A DNA stretch of 64,000 bases from Bacteroidota bacterium (lineage in GTDB: Bacteria > Bacteroidota > Bacteroidia > Flavobacteriales > BACL11). This document shows positions 30,938-40,890 of this stretch, one piece after another; position 1 is the stretch's first letter, and each line of letters opens with the position of its first letter. Below the pieces are notes generated by a model that saw only the letters and a program-made list of their open reading frames with translations, did not search any database and was not told where the DNA came from. The stretch covers positions 2,287-66,286 of the forward strand of contig JAYZXD010000026.1 in NCBI GenBank assembly GCA_036141595.1, written 5' to 3'. Made by a program: the position numbers and the translations under genes.

Positions 30938-31073
30938 AATTTAAGTTATTAATTGAGATTGTAAAGGTAATATCTCTTTTCAACTTGATAGTTCACATAT
31001 TAAATAGAATTATCAACAAAAAAGCTGAGTTGTTAAGATAATTTGGTATAATTATAATGAGTAAAAAAAATAA

Positions 31074-31445
31074 TTAGTCTTTTCCTAAGTCTTCAAAGCT
31101 AACTTCAGTAAAATCAGTTGTGTCCTTGTCACTAGAATTTTTTTCAGAGATTTCTTTAGATGATTGATCTTTTTTATTAGAAATAATTTCTTCGCCTTTT
31201 TCAGAAATAATAAAGTCACTTACCTCGCTAAAGGTATTTTTAAAGTTTTGAAATTCTTCTTTGTAGAGATATATTTTATGTTTTCGATATGAAGGAGTAC
31301 CTTGCTCATCAAATTCTTTTATACTTTCTGTTATAGTCATATAATAGTCACCTGCTTTCGTTGACCTAACATCAAAAAAATAAGTTCTTCTGCCGGCGCG
31401 AATTTTTCTAGAAAAAATTTCTTGCATATCATTTGTTGCGCTCAT
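31074..31445 (-). CDS. PUR-alpha-like (DUF3276) nucleic-acid-binding protein
   Basis: 123 aa. FSRKIRAGRRTYFFDVRSTKAGDYYMTITES matches the single PUR repeat found in Bacteroidetes DUF3276 proteins. The C-terminal tail is acidic and Ser-rich. Confidence 0.65.
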   Translation of the reverse strand: MSATNDMQEIFSRKIRAGRRTYFFDVRSTKAGDYYMTITESIKEFDEQGTPSYRKHKIYLYKEEFQNFKNTFSEVSDFIISEKGEEIISNKKDQSSKEISEKNSSDKDTTDFTEVSFEDLGKD

Positions 31446-31514
31446 TGTTCAAATTTAATTTAGTTATTTTTCAAATATAATAAAATTTATATCATTATTC
31501 ATTTTTGTGAGAAA

Positions 31515-33266
31515 CTATTGTCTGTCATTTATGCTTTTATTTTGTTTTCGTTCTAATCTGTAGTATGGTCCTTTGTTTTTCATAAGTACTTTGTGGCTAC
31601 CGACTTCAATTATTTTTCCATCATCAATATAGATAATTTTTTTTGCATGTTTTACTGACGCTATTCTATGACTAATAATAATTGTTGTTTTATTATCACT
31701 TTCTTTATTTAGACTTTTAATTATTTCTTTTTCCTTAACAGCATCTACAGAAGATAAACAGTCATCAAAAATAAATATTTCGGGATTTTTATAAAAAACA
31801 CGAGCAATAGATAATCTTTGCTTTTGCCCCCCCGATAATTTAACACCTCTTTCACCTATTAATGTGTCAAATCCTTGCTTAAATTTTTTAATTTCACTAT
31901 ATAACTTAGCTTTTTTTGAGGATTCAATAGTTTTAGAATTATTTTTTTCAGATTTTGAAAAGCAGATATTATCTCTAATCGTTCCAGAAAATAAATATCC
32001 ATCTTGTGGAACATATCCTATTGAACTGCGTAAATTGTACAAATTAAGTTTTTTAATATCAGTTCCTGATATTTTTATATTTCCTTTTTTTATATCATAC
32101 AGTCTACAAATTAAATGAGCAATTGTCGATTTTCCACTACCTGTTTTACCAATTATACCTAAAGTTTCACCTTCATTTAAAACAAAGCTTATATTTTTGA
32201 GTGCTTTAATATTAGTGTTTTCATATGTGAAGCAAACATTTTCAAATACAATGCTGCCATTTATTTTTTTTGAGTCTAAACTAAAGTTTTTAATTTCTTC
32301 TTTGAAATGTAAAAAACTATTGATTCTTTCTTGTGAAGCAGCAGCTCGTTGAATTATAGAAGTAACCCATCCAATTGACGCAACTGGCCAGGCAAGCATA
32401 TTTACATAGATTACAAATTCTGCAATATTTCCTGTAGTTATTTTATTATTGTAACTTTCAATACCTCCAGCATAAATAATTAAAATTGTACTAATACCAA
32501 TCATAGTTAGTATTGTCGGATAAAAAAAAGCTTCAATTCTTACTAGATTAAGTTGTCTTTTAGTGTACTCTTTACATGCTTTAAGAAATGATTCTGAGGT
32601 AATTTTTTGGCTATTAAATGATTTTATGATTTTTATTGCAGAAAATGATTCTTGAGCTATTTCGGTTAATGTAGACAACTGTTTTTGAACTAATTCACTT
32701 TTTTTGTTAATGCTTACGCTAACAAAATATACAAGTATTGCTAGCACTGGTAATGGTAACAATGTATAAATTGTTAATGTAGTATTAATTGAAAGCATTT
32801 TTGATATTACAAGATAAAACAAAATTGTTATATTTATTCCATACATTACAGCTGGACCTAAATACATTCTTACTCTGCTAACATCTTCAGAAATTCGATT
32901 CATCAAGTCTCCAGTTTTATTTTTTTTGTAAAAATTAAAACTTAGTTTTTGATATTGTTGATAAATTTCATTTTTCAAATCAAACTCTATTTTACGACTC
33001 ATAACAATAATAGTTTGTCTCATAAAGAACATGAATATTCCTTTAAGGATTGCGAATAAGGCAATTAATCCAGCATATTTAAATAAAATATTACTAACGC
33101 TTTTACTTTCAAGTTGTTTTCTTTCTAGTACAGTGTCAAATGCTTCTCTGACAAATTCAGCAGGATATAATGCAAATACATTCGAAATGAATATAAAAAT
33201 AATTCCTAAAAATAAACGTATTCTATATTTCCAAAAAAATTTATTTAAATATCTTAAATGCCTCAT
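31515..33266 (-). CDS. ABC transporter, fused permease/ATP-binding protein (MsbA/multidrug-exporter type)
   Basis: 583 aa: six N-terminal TM helices followed by an NBD. Walker A is GKTGSGKST, the signature is LSGGQKQRLSIAR and Walker B is IFIFDD. Confidence 0.85.
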   Translation of the reverse strand: MRHLRYLNKFFWKYRIRLFLGIIFIFISNVFALYPAEFVREAFDTVLERKQLESKSVSNILFKYAGLIALFAILKGIFMFFMRQTIIVMSRKIEFDLKNEIYQQYQKLSFNFYKKNKTGDLMNRISEDVSRVRMYLGPAVMYGINITILFYLVISKMLSINTTLTIYTLLPLPVLAILVYFVSVSINKKSELVQKQLSTLTEIAQESFSAIKIIKSFNSQKITSESFLKACKEYTKRQLNLVRIEAFFYPTILTMIGISTILIIYAGGIESYNNKITTGNIAEFVIYVNMLAWPVASIGWVTSIIQRAAASQERINSFLHFKEEIKNFSLDSKKINGSIVFENVCFTYENTNIKALKNISFVLNEGETLGIIGKTGSGKSTIAHLICRLYDIKKGNIKISGTDIKKLNLYNLRSSIGYVPQDGYLFSGTIRDNICFSKSEKNNSKTIESSKKAKLYSEIKKFKQGFDTLIGERGVKLSGGQKQRLSIARVFYKNPEIFIFDDCLSSVDAVKEKEIIKSLNKESDNKTTIIISHRIASVKHAKKIIYIDDGKIIEVGSHKVLMKNKGPYYRLERKQNKSINDRQ

Positions 33267-33372
33267 GATTTGATTGGGTACTTAATGAATTTGCCAAAAA
33301 TAATAAGTAAATTCGCGAACGTTATAAGATTATGCATTTATTTTGACTAAATAATAAACTTATTAATATAAA

Positions 33373-34461
33373 ATGAAAACCGTAAAGAAAACAAAAATAC
33401 TTAATGACTTAAAAGTTTTGAGTGAAATGGAGTTTTTGGGTCATGAGCAAATATTGTTTTGTCAGGACAAAGAAACAAGTTTAAAAGCAATTATTGCAAT
33501 TCACGATACAACTTTGGGACCTGCCTTGGGAGGAACACGAATGTGGAATTATGATAATGAACAAGATGCAATTAAAGATGTTTTACGTTTGTCAAGAGGT
33601 ATGACATACAAAGCTGCAATTTCAGGCCTTTCATTAGGAGGTGGTAAAGCTGTGATAATTGGAGATTCAAGAAAAGATAAAACTCAAAAATTAATGCGTA
33701 AATTTGGTCAATTTGTTGACTCACTTGGCGGTAAGTATATAACTGCTGAGGATGTTGGTATGACACCAAAAGACATGGAATATGTTAGAATGGAAACTAA
33801 TCATGTTACAGGTATTCCTAAAAGTCTTGGAGGTAGTGGTGATCCTTCTCCTGTTACTGCTTTTGGTGTTTATATGGGTATTAAGGCATCTGCAAAATAT
33901 AAATGGGGTAATGATAATTTGAAAGATAAAATTATTTTGGTTCAAGGAATTGGTCATGTTGGGGAAACATTAGTGAAGTATTTGTCTGAGGAAGGAGCTA
34001 ATGTTATGATAAATGATTTGGATTTAAATAAACTTCAAAATATTTCAAAAAAATTTAATGCAGAAATAGTTACTGGAGATTCTATATATGATTTAAATAT
34101 GGATATTTATGCACCATGCGCCTTAGGAGGAACTGTAAACCCAAGTACTATTAAAAGACTTAAATGTGAAATCATTGCTGGTGCAGCAAACAATCAATTA
34201 GCAGATGAATTAAGAGATTCACAATTATGTTTAGAAAAGGGAATATGTTACGCTCCTGATTTTTTAATAAATGCTGGTGGTCTCATTAATGTTTATTCAG
34301 AATTACATAATTATGACATGAATCACGCATTAAATCAAACAAGAAAAATATATGATACAACTCTTGATATATTTAGAAAAGCTGAGACACGTAATTTAAC
34401 CACAAACGCCGCTGCTTTACTGGTTGCTAAGCAAACAATAAAAGAAAAAAATCTTAATTAA
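33373..34461 (+). CDS. Leucine (Leu/Val/Phe-family) dehydrogenase
   Basis: 362 aa. Motifs are GPALGGTRMW and the catalytic Lys region GLSLGGGKAVIIGD. A Rossmann motif GIGHVGE is present. Confidence 0.8.
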   Translation: MKTVKKTKILNDLKVLSEMEFLGHEQILFCQDKETSLKAIIAIHDTTLGPALGGTRMWNYDNEQDAIKDVLRLSRGMTYKAAISGLSLGGGKAVIIGDSRKDKTQKLMRKFGQFVDSLGGKYITAEDVGMTPKDMEYVRMETNHVTGIPKSLGGSGDPSPVTAFGVYMGIKASAKYKWGNDNLKDKIILVQGIGHVGETLVKYLSEEGANVMINDLDLNKLQNISKKFNAEIVTGDSIYDLNMDIYAPCALGGTVNPSTIKRLKCEIIAGAANNQLADELRDSQLCLEKGICYAPDFLINAGGLINVYSELHNYDMNHALNQTRKIYDTTLDIFRKAETRNLTTNAAALLVAKQTIKEKNLN

Positions 34462-35381
34462 TGCTTAGTAGAAGACACATTCGAATCAAAGTAATGCAAT
34501 CTTTGTACTCATTCTTTTCACAAAAGAATGTAAATATAAACGATATTGAAAAATCTTTTCTAAAAAATTGTAATGAAATAGTTCATCTAGCATATTCAGT
34601 TGTCTCTCTAATGCTTGAGATAATAAACTATGCAGATAATTTTTATGAAGATGGAAAAAATAAGTTTCTTCCTGATGAAGAAGATTTAAATCCGAATAAA
34701 AGATTTATTCAAAATAAATTAATTGAAAATATAATTTCTGACAAAGACTTAATAAAAAGAGCATCACGCTTTAAATCTATATGGTTAGAAAACGATCATG
34801 ACATCATTAGTAAAATTTTTATAAAAATTTATAAATCTCAGCTTTATGTAAATTACTTAAAATCTGAGGATAAGTCATTAAAATGTGATAAAATATTTTT
34901 TATTGATTTAATGAATGATTTTATTCTTAGTAATGAGCTAGTAAATCACGTCTTAGAAGAAAAAAGTATTTATTGGGTTGACGATCTTCCATTTGTGGCA
35001 ACTGTGATTTTTGGTAGTATTAAGGAATGTTCTAACATAAAAATTAATGGACCATTCAAGCATATTTCAGATGAAAAATTTGCATTAGATCTGCTCAGAA
35101 AAACTATCACAAAAAATGAAAGTTATGAAAAGATAATTAAAAATTATGCCAAAAATTGGGAGCTTGAACGTATTGCAATTATGGATCAAATTTTTTTAAA
35201 GATGTCATTTGCAGAAATTTTATTTATGCCAAATTTACCCGTAAAAGTTTCAATGAACGAATATATTGAAATATCAAAATATTACAGTACATCAAAAAGT
35301 AAATCCTTTGTAAATGGTATGCTTGATAGTTTTGTTAAAGACTATAAAGAAAAAGGAAAAATAAATAAATTAACTAATTAA
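34461..35381 (+). CDS. nusB: Transcription antitermination factor NusB (extended Bacteroidetes form)
   Basis: 306 aa. The N-terminus SRRHIRIKVMQSLYSF and the C-terminal block WELERIAIMDQIFLKMSFAEILFMPNLPVKVSMNEYIEISKYYST are NusB-like. It overlaps the upstream stop by 1 nt (TAATG). Confidence 0.75.
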   Translation: MLSRRHIRIKVMQSLYSFFSQKNVNINDIEKSFLKNCNEIVHLAYSVVSLMLEIINYADNFYEDGKNKFLPDEEDLNPNKRFIQNKLIENIISDKDLIKRASRFKSIWLENDHDIISKIFIKIYKSQLYVNYLKSEDKSLKCDKIFFIDLMNDFILSNELVNHVLEEKSIYWVDDLPFVATVIFGSIKECSNIKINGPFKHISDEKFALDLLRKTITKNESYEKIIKNYAKNWELERIAIMDQIFLKMSFAEILFMPNLPVKVSMNEYIEISKYYSTSKSKSFVNGMLDSFVKDYKEKGKINKLTN

Positions 35382-35408
35382 TAATTAAAAATTATTTTAA
35401 TTTTGAGT

Positions 35409-35816
35409 ATGAATTTAAACATATCATTTTTAAGTATAATATTTTCAATTTTTTTTCTTGTATCATGTGTTGAAAGCAATAGCCAAGAAGAGGTTAATTT
35501 AGAACCAACAAAAGTTAAAATTGAAAATGAAACTTTTGATTTTGGTGTCATTAAACAAAATACTTCTGTAAGTACTGAGTTTATTATTGAAAATATTGGT
35601 CCTGAACCTTTAATAATTCGTTCTGCCAAGGCAGGCTGTGGTTGTACAGTTCCACAGTGGCCAAAAGAAAAAATAGCTGTTGGTGATAAAGCAAATATTA
35701 AAGTAACATTCAACAGTGGTTCAAGACAGGGGAAAATTAACAAAAATGTAACACTTGTTACAAATGCTATCCCAAGTGTTCAAGTTTTAACTATAATTGG
35801 TACAGTTGTACCTTAA
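35409..35816 (+). CDS. DUF1573 domain lipoprotein
   Basis: About 135 aa with a lipobox (FFLVSC). The FDFGVI...GPEPLII...AGCGCTVPQWPKE signature is typical of DUF1573. ATG at 35409 is preferred over the TTG at 35403. Confidence 0.75.
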   Translation: MNLNISFLSIIFSIFFLVSCVESNSQEEVNLEPTKVKIENETFDFGVIKQNTSVSTEFIIENIGPEPLIIRSAKAGCGCTVPQWPKEKIAVGDKANIKVTFNSGSRQGKINKNVTLVTNAIPSVQVLTIIGTVVP

Positions 35817-35826
35817 ATTTTTTTAT

Positions 35827-36120
35827 ATGATTTTATTAAATACTGGAGGAGGTATGCCTTTTCTTTTAATGATGGGAGCCATGTTTATTGTAATGTATTT
35901 CTTTATGATTCGTCCCCAAATTAAAAAACAAAAAAAGGAAGTTGCCTATAGATCTTCTTTGAAAAAAGGAGATAAAATTATGACTATTGGTGGTATACAT
36001 GGAAAGGTGTTAGATGTTAAAGATACTGTAGTTTATATTGAAGTTAGTGCAGGTATTAAGTTAAAAGTTGAAAAGTCAGCTATTTCTATGGGAGGAGAAA
36101 CTACTATAGAAAAAAAGTAA
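35827..36120 (+). CDS. yajC: Preprotein translocase subunit YajC
   Basis: The MYFFMIRPQIKKQKKE ... GDKIMTIGGIHGKV motif is typical of YajC. ATG at 35827 is preferred over the upstream start at 35797, which overlaps the previous gene. Confidence 0.8.
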   Translation: MILLNTGGGMPFLLMMGAMFIVMYFFMIRPQIKKQKKEVAYRSSLKKGDKIMTIGGIHGKVLDVKDTVVYIEVSAGIKLKVEKSAISMGGETTIEKK

Positions 36121-36128
36121 ATCTATCT

Positions 36129-37175
36129 TCAATTTATTTTTAATTCGCAATAAATGGCGAAATGATCTGATAGTTTTTTATTGATTTTTTTATAATTAAT
36201 ACTTTCAATATTTTTGTCATGCAATATATAGTCAATTCTTAGTGCAGGTATTTTTGTAATTGTAGAACCAATACCATATCCCGAAGAATTGAATGCGTCT
36301 TTTAGTTCACCCTTAATATGATTATATGCATATGATAAAGGTGTGTCATTAAAGTCCCCGCAAACAATAACTGGATAAGGACTCTCATTAATATGGTTTT
36401 TGATTATTTCTACTTGCATAGATCTCTTTAGATAACTTTTTTTCATTCTTTTAATTATGCTTATTGTACCAGTTTTTAGCTTTTCTTTACTTGGATTTTG
36501 CATAAATTCATATTCAGATTCATTGAACCAATTACTTGCAAGGTGTATATTGTAAATTCTCACTGTATCTGTATTAATTTTTATATCTGAAAATATAAAT
36601 GTATTTTTCATGTTTTCAGTATTTTCCAGTACTGATTTATTTTTAGTTTTTTCTATTATTGGATATTTGCTATATATTAAAAGTAACGAGTTCTTTTCTG
36701 TATGATTCTTATAAAGATAATTTTTATTAAGTTTTGAAATGTCACTATTGTAAAATTCTTGAAAACAAATTATATCAGGATCTTGTTTTACTATTAAATC
36801 AATGATTTTTTCTTTAATCATTGGTTCCGGTATATTTTGATTCTTATTAAATAAACGAACATTATAGCTCATAATTTTCATATCATGCTTTAAGGCTTTT
36901 TTTGGAATAGAAAATCCAATATACGAATCTACAAAAGCTAGACCTATTGCCAACACAATTACGTTAGGCCAAATTAATTTCTTGAGTTTAAATAACCACA
37001 AAATCAAAAAAAATAAATTTATTATGAATAATATGGGAAATAAAAGACCTAAAAATGCAGTAGGCCAAAATAAAGATGGACTAATATATGGAGCTGAATA
37101 TGATAATAGTAATAGCAATAAAAAAATAAAATTTATTACAAATAAAATTTTATTTAAAAAAGAAAAATTTTTCAT
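36129..37175 (-). CDS. Membrane-anchored endonuclease/exonuclease/phosphatase (EEP) family protein
   Basis: 348 aa with three N-terminal TM helices. EEP motifs are IMSYNVRLFN, CFQEF, GDFNDTP and SDHFAIY. Confidence 0.7.
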   Translation of the reverse strand: MKNFSFLNKILFVINFIFLLLLLLSYSAPYISPSLFWPTAFLGLLFPILFIINLFFLILWLFKLKKLIWPNVIVLAIGLAFVDSYIGFSIPKKALKHDMKIMSYNVRLFNKNQNIPEPMIKEKIIDLIVKQDPDIICFQEFYNSDISKLNKNYLYKNHTEKNSLLLIYSKYPIIEKTKNKSVLENTENMKNTFIFSDIKINTDTVRIYNIHLASNWFNESEYEFMQNPSKEKLKTGTISIIKRMKKSYLKRSMQVEIIKNHINESPYPVIVCGDFNDTPLSYAYNHIKGELKDAFNSSGYGIGSTITKIPALRIDYILHDKNIESINYKKINKKLSDHFAIYCELKIN

Positions 37176-38054
37176 TTATTTTTTACTTGCGCTAAAAAGT
37201 ATATCTTTCTCCTTCTGACTTAAACTCTCATATCCGGATTTTGATATTTTTTCTAAGATTTTATTAATTTCTTGTTGTTGATTTGCTTTCTCTTCATTAA
37301 ATTCAAAATCAGTTTTTGGTCTTTTATGTACCTTCTTAAACTTTGGTTTTTTGTTAAAAGTATTGATTATTTTGTCTATAATTTTAGTCAGTGTTATCGA
37401 ATAGTCTTTTCCTCTTTTTAATTGATTTATGTAGAAGAAACCAAAAATTGCTCCTCCAATATGTGCTATGTGACCTCCAGCATTTCCCTTTGGTATGCTT
37501 ATTATATCTAAAGTGATCATAAATATGGCAATATGTTTAAGTTTAATACTTCCAAATAATGGTAACTGTATTAGTAAATTTGGACTATATGTAGCAGCAG
37601 CAATCATAATTGCAAATACTGAAGCTGATGCCCCTAAAGCAAAAGAAGATAAATAAATTTCACTAAAAGCTGGTATAAAATTATAAGATAAAATAAATAG
37701 AATACCCCCACATATACCGCCAATTAAATAAGAACTTAAGAATTGTTTTGCATTTATGTAATTAATAAGAATTTTACCTCCAAAATGAAGCCAAATCATA
37801 TTAAATAATAAATGTAAAAAACTATTATGAAAAAACATATATGTAATTATTGCCCAGGGCTGTTTAACAAATATATCAGTGTTAGAAGGTAGTTCAAATT
37901 TATTTGTAAAATTATTTACATTAGCATTAATAAGGTATGAAATAACATCAATCAGACTAAAAAATATAAAAATAGCTACATTAGCATAAATCAATTTATT
38001 AATAATTGACGCTTTTTTAAATTTATTTTTTATTTGTTTTAGTATACTACTCAT
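37176..38054 (-). CDS. Rhomboid-family intramembrane serine protease (paralog 2)
   Basis: The catalytic Ser motif is GASASVFA and the His motif is HIAHIGGAIFGF. The tail is basic. ATG at 38054 is preferred because it directly abuts the stop of the upstream rhomboid gene. Confidence 0.75.
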   Translation of the reverse strand: MSSILKQIKNKFKKASIINKLIYANVAIFIFFSLIDVISYLINANVNNFTNKFELPSNTDIFVKQPWAIITYMFFHNSFLHLLFNMIWLHFGGKILINYINAKQFLSSYLIGGICGGILFILSYNFIPAFSEIYLSSFALGASASVFAIMIAAATYSPNLLIQLPLFGSIKLKHIAIFMITLDIISIPKGNAGGHIAHIGGAIFGFFYINQLKRGKDYSITLTKIIDKIINTFNKKPKFKKVHKRPKTDFEFNEEKANQQQEINKILEKISKSGYESLSQKEKDILFSASKK

Positions 38055-38055
38055 T

Positions 38056-38802
38056 TTAATAAAAAGTATTTCTATCCTGTTTCCAGTACTTAAGAATAAT
38101 ATAACCAGCAATCATTCCTCCCAAATGGGCAAAATGAGCAATATTATCTGAGGGGTGATTTCTTAATCCGAGAAATAATTCCATAGCACCGTATATCATA
38201 ACAAAATATTTGGCTTTTATTGGTATAGCGAAATATATGTATAATAAGGTGTTTGGAAATAGTAAACCAAAAGCCAAAAGAATTCCAAATAATGCTCCAG
38301 ATGCACCTACCATTGGAGCATTTATTAGTCCATTCATTTTACCTAAGATTGGATTAGTATAATTTTGACCTTGGCTAATGACATCTGCTCCTTGATTTTT
38401 AACTACATACAGTAACTCTTGAAGCTGTGAGGGATCTATATTTTTAGAAAAAACATTAATTTGAAATTGAATATATCCCATGTAAATTAAAGCTGCTCCG
38501 AGGCCAGTAATAATGTAAAACTTTAGAAATCGTTTACCTCCCCAAACATTTTCCAAAACTTTACCAAACATCCAAACAGCAAACATGTTCCAGAATAAGT
38601 GCGCAAAACTTCCGTGCATAAACATGTGTGTAATAAGTTGGTGAGGCCTGAAATTAGGTGATTGAAATTGATGTAGGCCCAAAATTTTTGTTAAGTTGAT
38701 TCCTTGACTTTCTAATGTAATGGTAGCTAAATAGAATAAGCAGTTAATAATAAGTATATTTTTTATTACATCCGGTAATTCTCTGAAAGACGATATATTC
38801 AT
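38056..38802 (-). CDS. Rhomboid-family intramembrane serine protease (paralog 1)
   Basis: 248 aa. Motifs are HMFMHGSFAHLFWNM, GASGALFG (Ser) and AHFAHLGGMIAG (His). Confidence 0.8.
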   Translation of the reverse strand: MNISSFRELPDVIKNILIINCLFYLATITLESQGINLTKILGLHQFQSPNFRPHQLITHMFMHGSFAHLFWNMFAVWMFGKVLENVWGGKRFLKFYIITGLGAALIYMGYIQFQINVFSKNIDPSQLQELLYVVKNQGADVISQGQNYTNPILGKMNGLINAPMVGASGALFGILLAFGLLFPNTLLYIYFAIPIKAKYFVMIYGAMELFLGLRNHPSDNIAHFAHLGGMIAGYIILKYWKQDRNTFY

Positions 38803-38803
38803 T

Positions 38804-40552
38804 TTAAAAATATTTTTTTAAATCATCAATTTTAAAATTTTTTATAATTGATTTTCCGTTAGGGCATAAATTTGATACTTTACATTTTAATAACTCATTA
38901 TACAATGAGCTCATTTCTTCTGTTTTAAGCATTTTAGAATTACTAATTGCAAGAGATTTTGCAAGAGATTTTGCTATTTTTTTTGTCTGATTTACTTCAA
39001 TCTCTAGATCACTTTGAGCTTGATTTAAAATGTCTTCAATTATTTCTTTGATATTTTCTTCTCTACATTCAGTTGGAACAGCATATATTTCCATATTTTG
39101 ATTTTTCAATTTAAAAATAAAACCAAGGCTATTTAGATCTTTTTTTAAATTTCCAATTAAGTTTATTTCTTTCAGACTTAATTCTATGCTTTTGGGAAAC
39201 AATAAGTGTTGTGATTTTCCATTTCCTTTTTTGAGTGAGTTAGTATAGTACTCAAATAAAATACGTTTGTGCGCTCTTCTTTGATGTATAATTTTAATAC
39301 CATTTTTATATGATATAGCTATAAATTGATTACTGATTTGAAATGGTATACTTATATTATTATCTGAAATATCACTATCAAATAGTGAATTATCTTTAAC
39401 ATCTAAATTATTTTTAGTACTACTAACACTATCTATTTTTTTATGATTAAATGGATTATAATTTTTATCTATTTTAATTGTTGGTTGTTTGAAGTTTGTA
39501 TTTTCAATGTTTTTAAAATCTAATTCAAATGCATTTTCTTGAGAAAAGTCCAATGAGGGAACAATATTAAACATTCCAAGTGATCTTTTTATGCTTGATT
39601 TAATTATTGAATATATTGCTTTCTCATCTTCAAATTTTATTTCATGCTTGGTTGGATGAATATTAATGTCTATTAACTTTGGATCAATTTTTAAATTAAT
39701 AAATTGAGAAGGAAAATATTTAGTTGGGATTAAATCTTCAAATGCTTTAAATACAGCATGCTGTAAATAATGATTTTTTATAAATCTTCCATTAACAAAA
39801 AAATATTGCTCACCTCTTGTTTTTTTTGCAGTCTCAGGCTTTCCTATAAACCCGTTCAATTCTATAATACTAGTTTTTTCTGAAATTGGAACAAGTGATT
39901 CATTTTTTTTATTTCCAAAAAGATTGATAATTCTTTTTTTAAAATTAGATATAGGTAAATGATAAAGTTCTTTATTATCATTGACTAATTGCATTTTAAT
40001 ATTTGGATTTGCAAGTGCAATTCTAGTAAATTCTTCTGTAATATGACGCATTTCTACATTATCAGACTTAAGAAAGTTTCTTCTTGCTGGAACATTATAA
40101 AAAATATTTTTAACTTTAATTGAAGTACCGTCATTAGTACTTGATTCTTTTACTTCCTCAATTTTTCCTCCTTCAATTCTTAAGTATGTTCCAGTTTGCA
40201 GATCTGTTAGTTTAGTATTTATTTCTACTTGAGAAATTGCGGCAATAGAAGACATCGCCTCACCTCTAAAGCCCATTGAGGTAATATTAAATAAATCTTC
40301 AGCATTTTCTATTTTTGAAGTTGCATGTCTTATAAAACATTTTCTAGCATCTGATTTACTCATTCCACAACCATTATCTACCACTTGAATTAATTTTTTA
40401 CCAGCATTTTTTATTAAGAGTTTAATTTCTGTACATCCAGCATCAAGTGAATTTTCTAGCATCTCTTTAACAGCTGATGCAGGTCTTTGAATTACTTCGC
40501 CTGCAGCTATTTGATTTGAGACATGTTTTGGAAGAATTTTAATTATATCCAC
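38804..40552 (-). CDS. mutL: DNA mismatch repair protein MutL
   Basis: 582 aa. The GHKL ATPase N-terminus is IAAGEVIQRPASAVKEMLENSLDAG ... VVDNGCGM ... GFRGEA. Confidence 0.9.
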   Translation of the reverse strand: MDIIKILPKHVSNQIAAGEVIQRPASAVKEMLENSLDAGCTEIKLLIKNAGKKLIQVVDNGCGMSKSDARKCFIRHATSKIENAEDLFNITSMGFRGEAMSSIAAISQVEINTKLTDLQTGTYLRIEGGKIEEVKESSTNDGTSIKVKNIFYNVPARRNFLKSDNVEMRHITEEFTRIALANPNIKMQLVNDNKELYHLPISNFKKRIINLFGNKKNESLVPISEKTSIIELNGFIGKPETAKKTRGEQYFFVNGRFIKNHYLQHAVFKAFEDLIPTKYFPSQFINLKIDPKLIDINIHPTKHEIKFEDEKAIYSIIKSSIKRSLGMFNIVPSLDFSQENAFELDFKNIENTNFKQPTIKIDKNYNPFNHKKIDSVSSTKNNLDVKDNSLFDSDISDNNISIPFQISNQFIAISYKNGIKIIHQRRAHKRILFEYYTNSLKKGNGKSQHLLFPKSIELSLKEINLIGNLKKDLNSLGFIFKLKNQNMEIYAVPTECREENIKEIIEDILNQAQSDLEIEVNQTKKIAKSLAKSLAISNSKMLKTEEMSSLYNELLKCKVSNLCPNGKSIIKNFKIDDLKKYF

Positions 40553-40557
40553 CTTCG

Positions 40558-40794
40558 TTAATTTATTAAATAGTTATAAGCAATCATGTATAAAAATACA
40601 ACTAAAATGATTATTCTGATTAATCGGTTGAATTTATTTTTTTTGTGCTTTTTTCTCTTAAACTTTATATTTATATTTTCTTTATTTTTTAAATTTTCAA
40701 TCCTTTCTTTTGTTTCGTTATAATATCTAGGCTGAAAATTAAATTTTTTAGCAGTGCTAGACTTAAAAAAAGATGGTATTTGAGGTGCTTTCAT
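40558..40794 (-). CDS. Small basic tail-anchored membrane protein, function unknown
   Basis: 78 aa: a Lys-rich N-terminal part followed by a single C-terminal TM helix (LIRIIILVVFLYMIAY). It lies 5 nt upstream of mutL. Confidence 0.45.
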   Translation of the reverse strand: MKAPQIPSFFKSSTAKKFNFQPRYYNETKERIENLKNKENINIKFKRKKHKKNKFNRLIRIIILVVFLYMIAYNYLIN

Positions 40795-40837
40795 ATTTGC
40801 AAAAATATTAAATATTTTAGTTGAAAAGTAATCATTT

Positions 40838-40845
40838 TAGTTTTG
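40838..40845 (+). promoter_or_regulatory. Candidate -7 promoter box TAGTTTTG upstream of the GH3 fusion gene
   Basis: Matches TAnnTTTG, 45 nt upstream of the ATG at 40891. The nearest TTG (40821-40823) is spaced only 14 nt away, which is shorter than the consensus spacing. Confidence 0.25.
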
Positions 40846-40890
40846 TTAATTTATAATCTAATTTAAATATCATTATGTACATTTACACCT

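Noticed and set aside
35378-35743. 121-aa minus-strand ORF overlapping the DUF1573 gene
   Set aside because: It is antisense to a gene with a clear family signature (GCGCTVPQWP). It has no motifs and is probably spurious.
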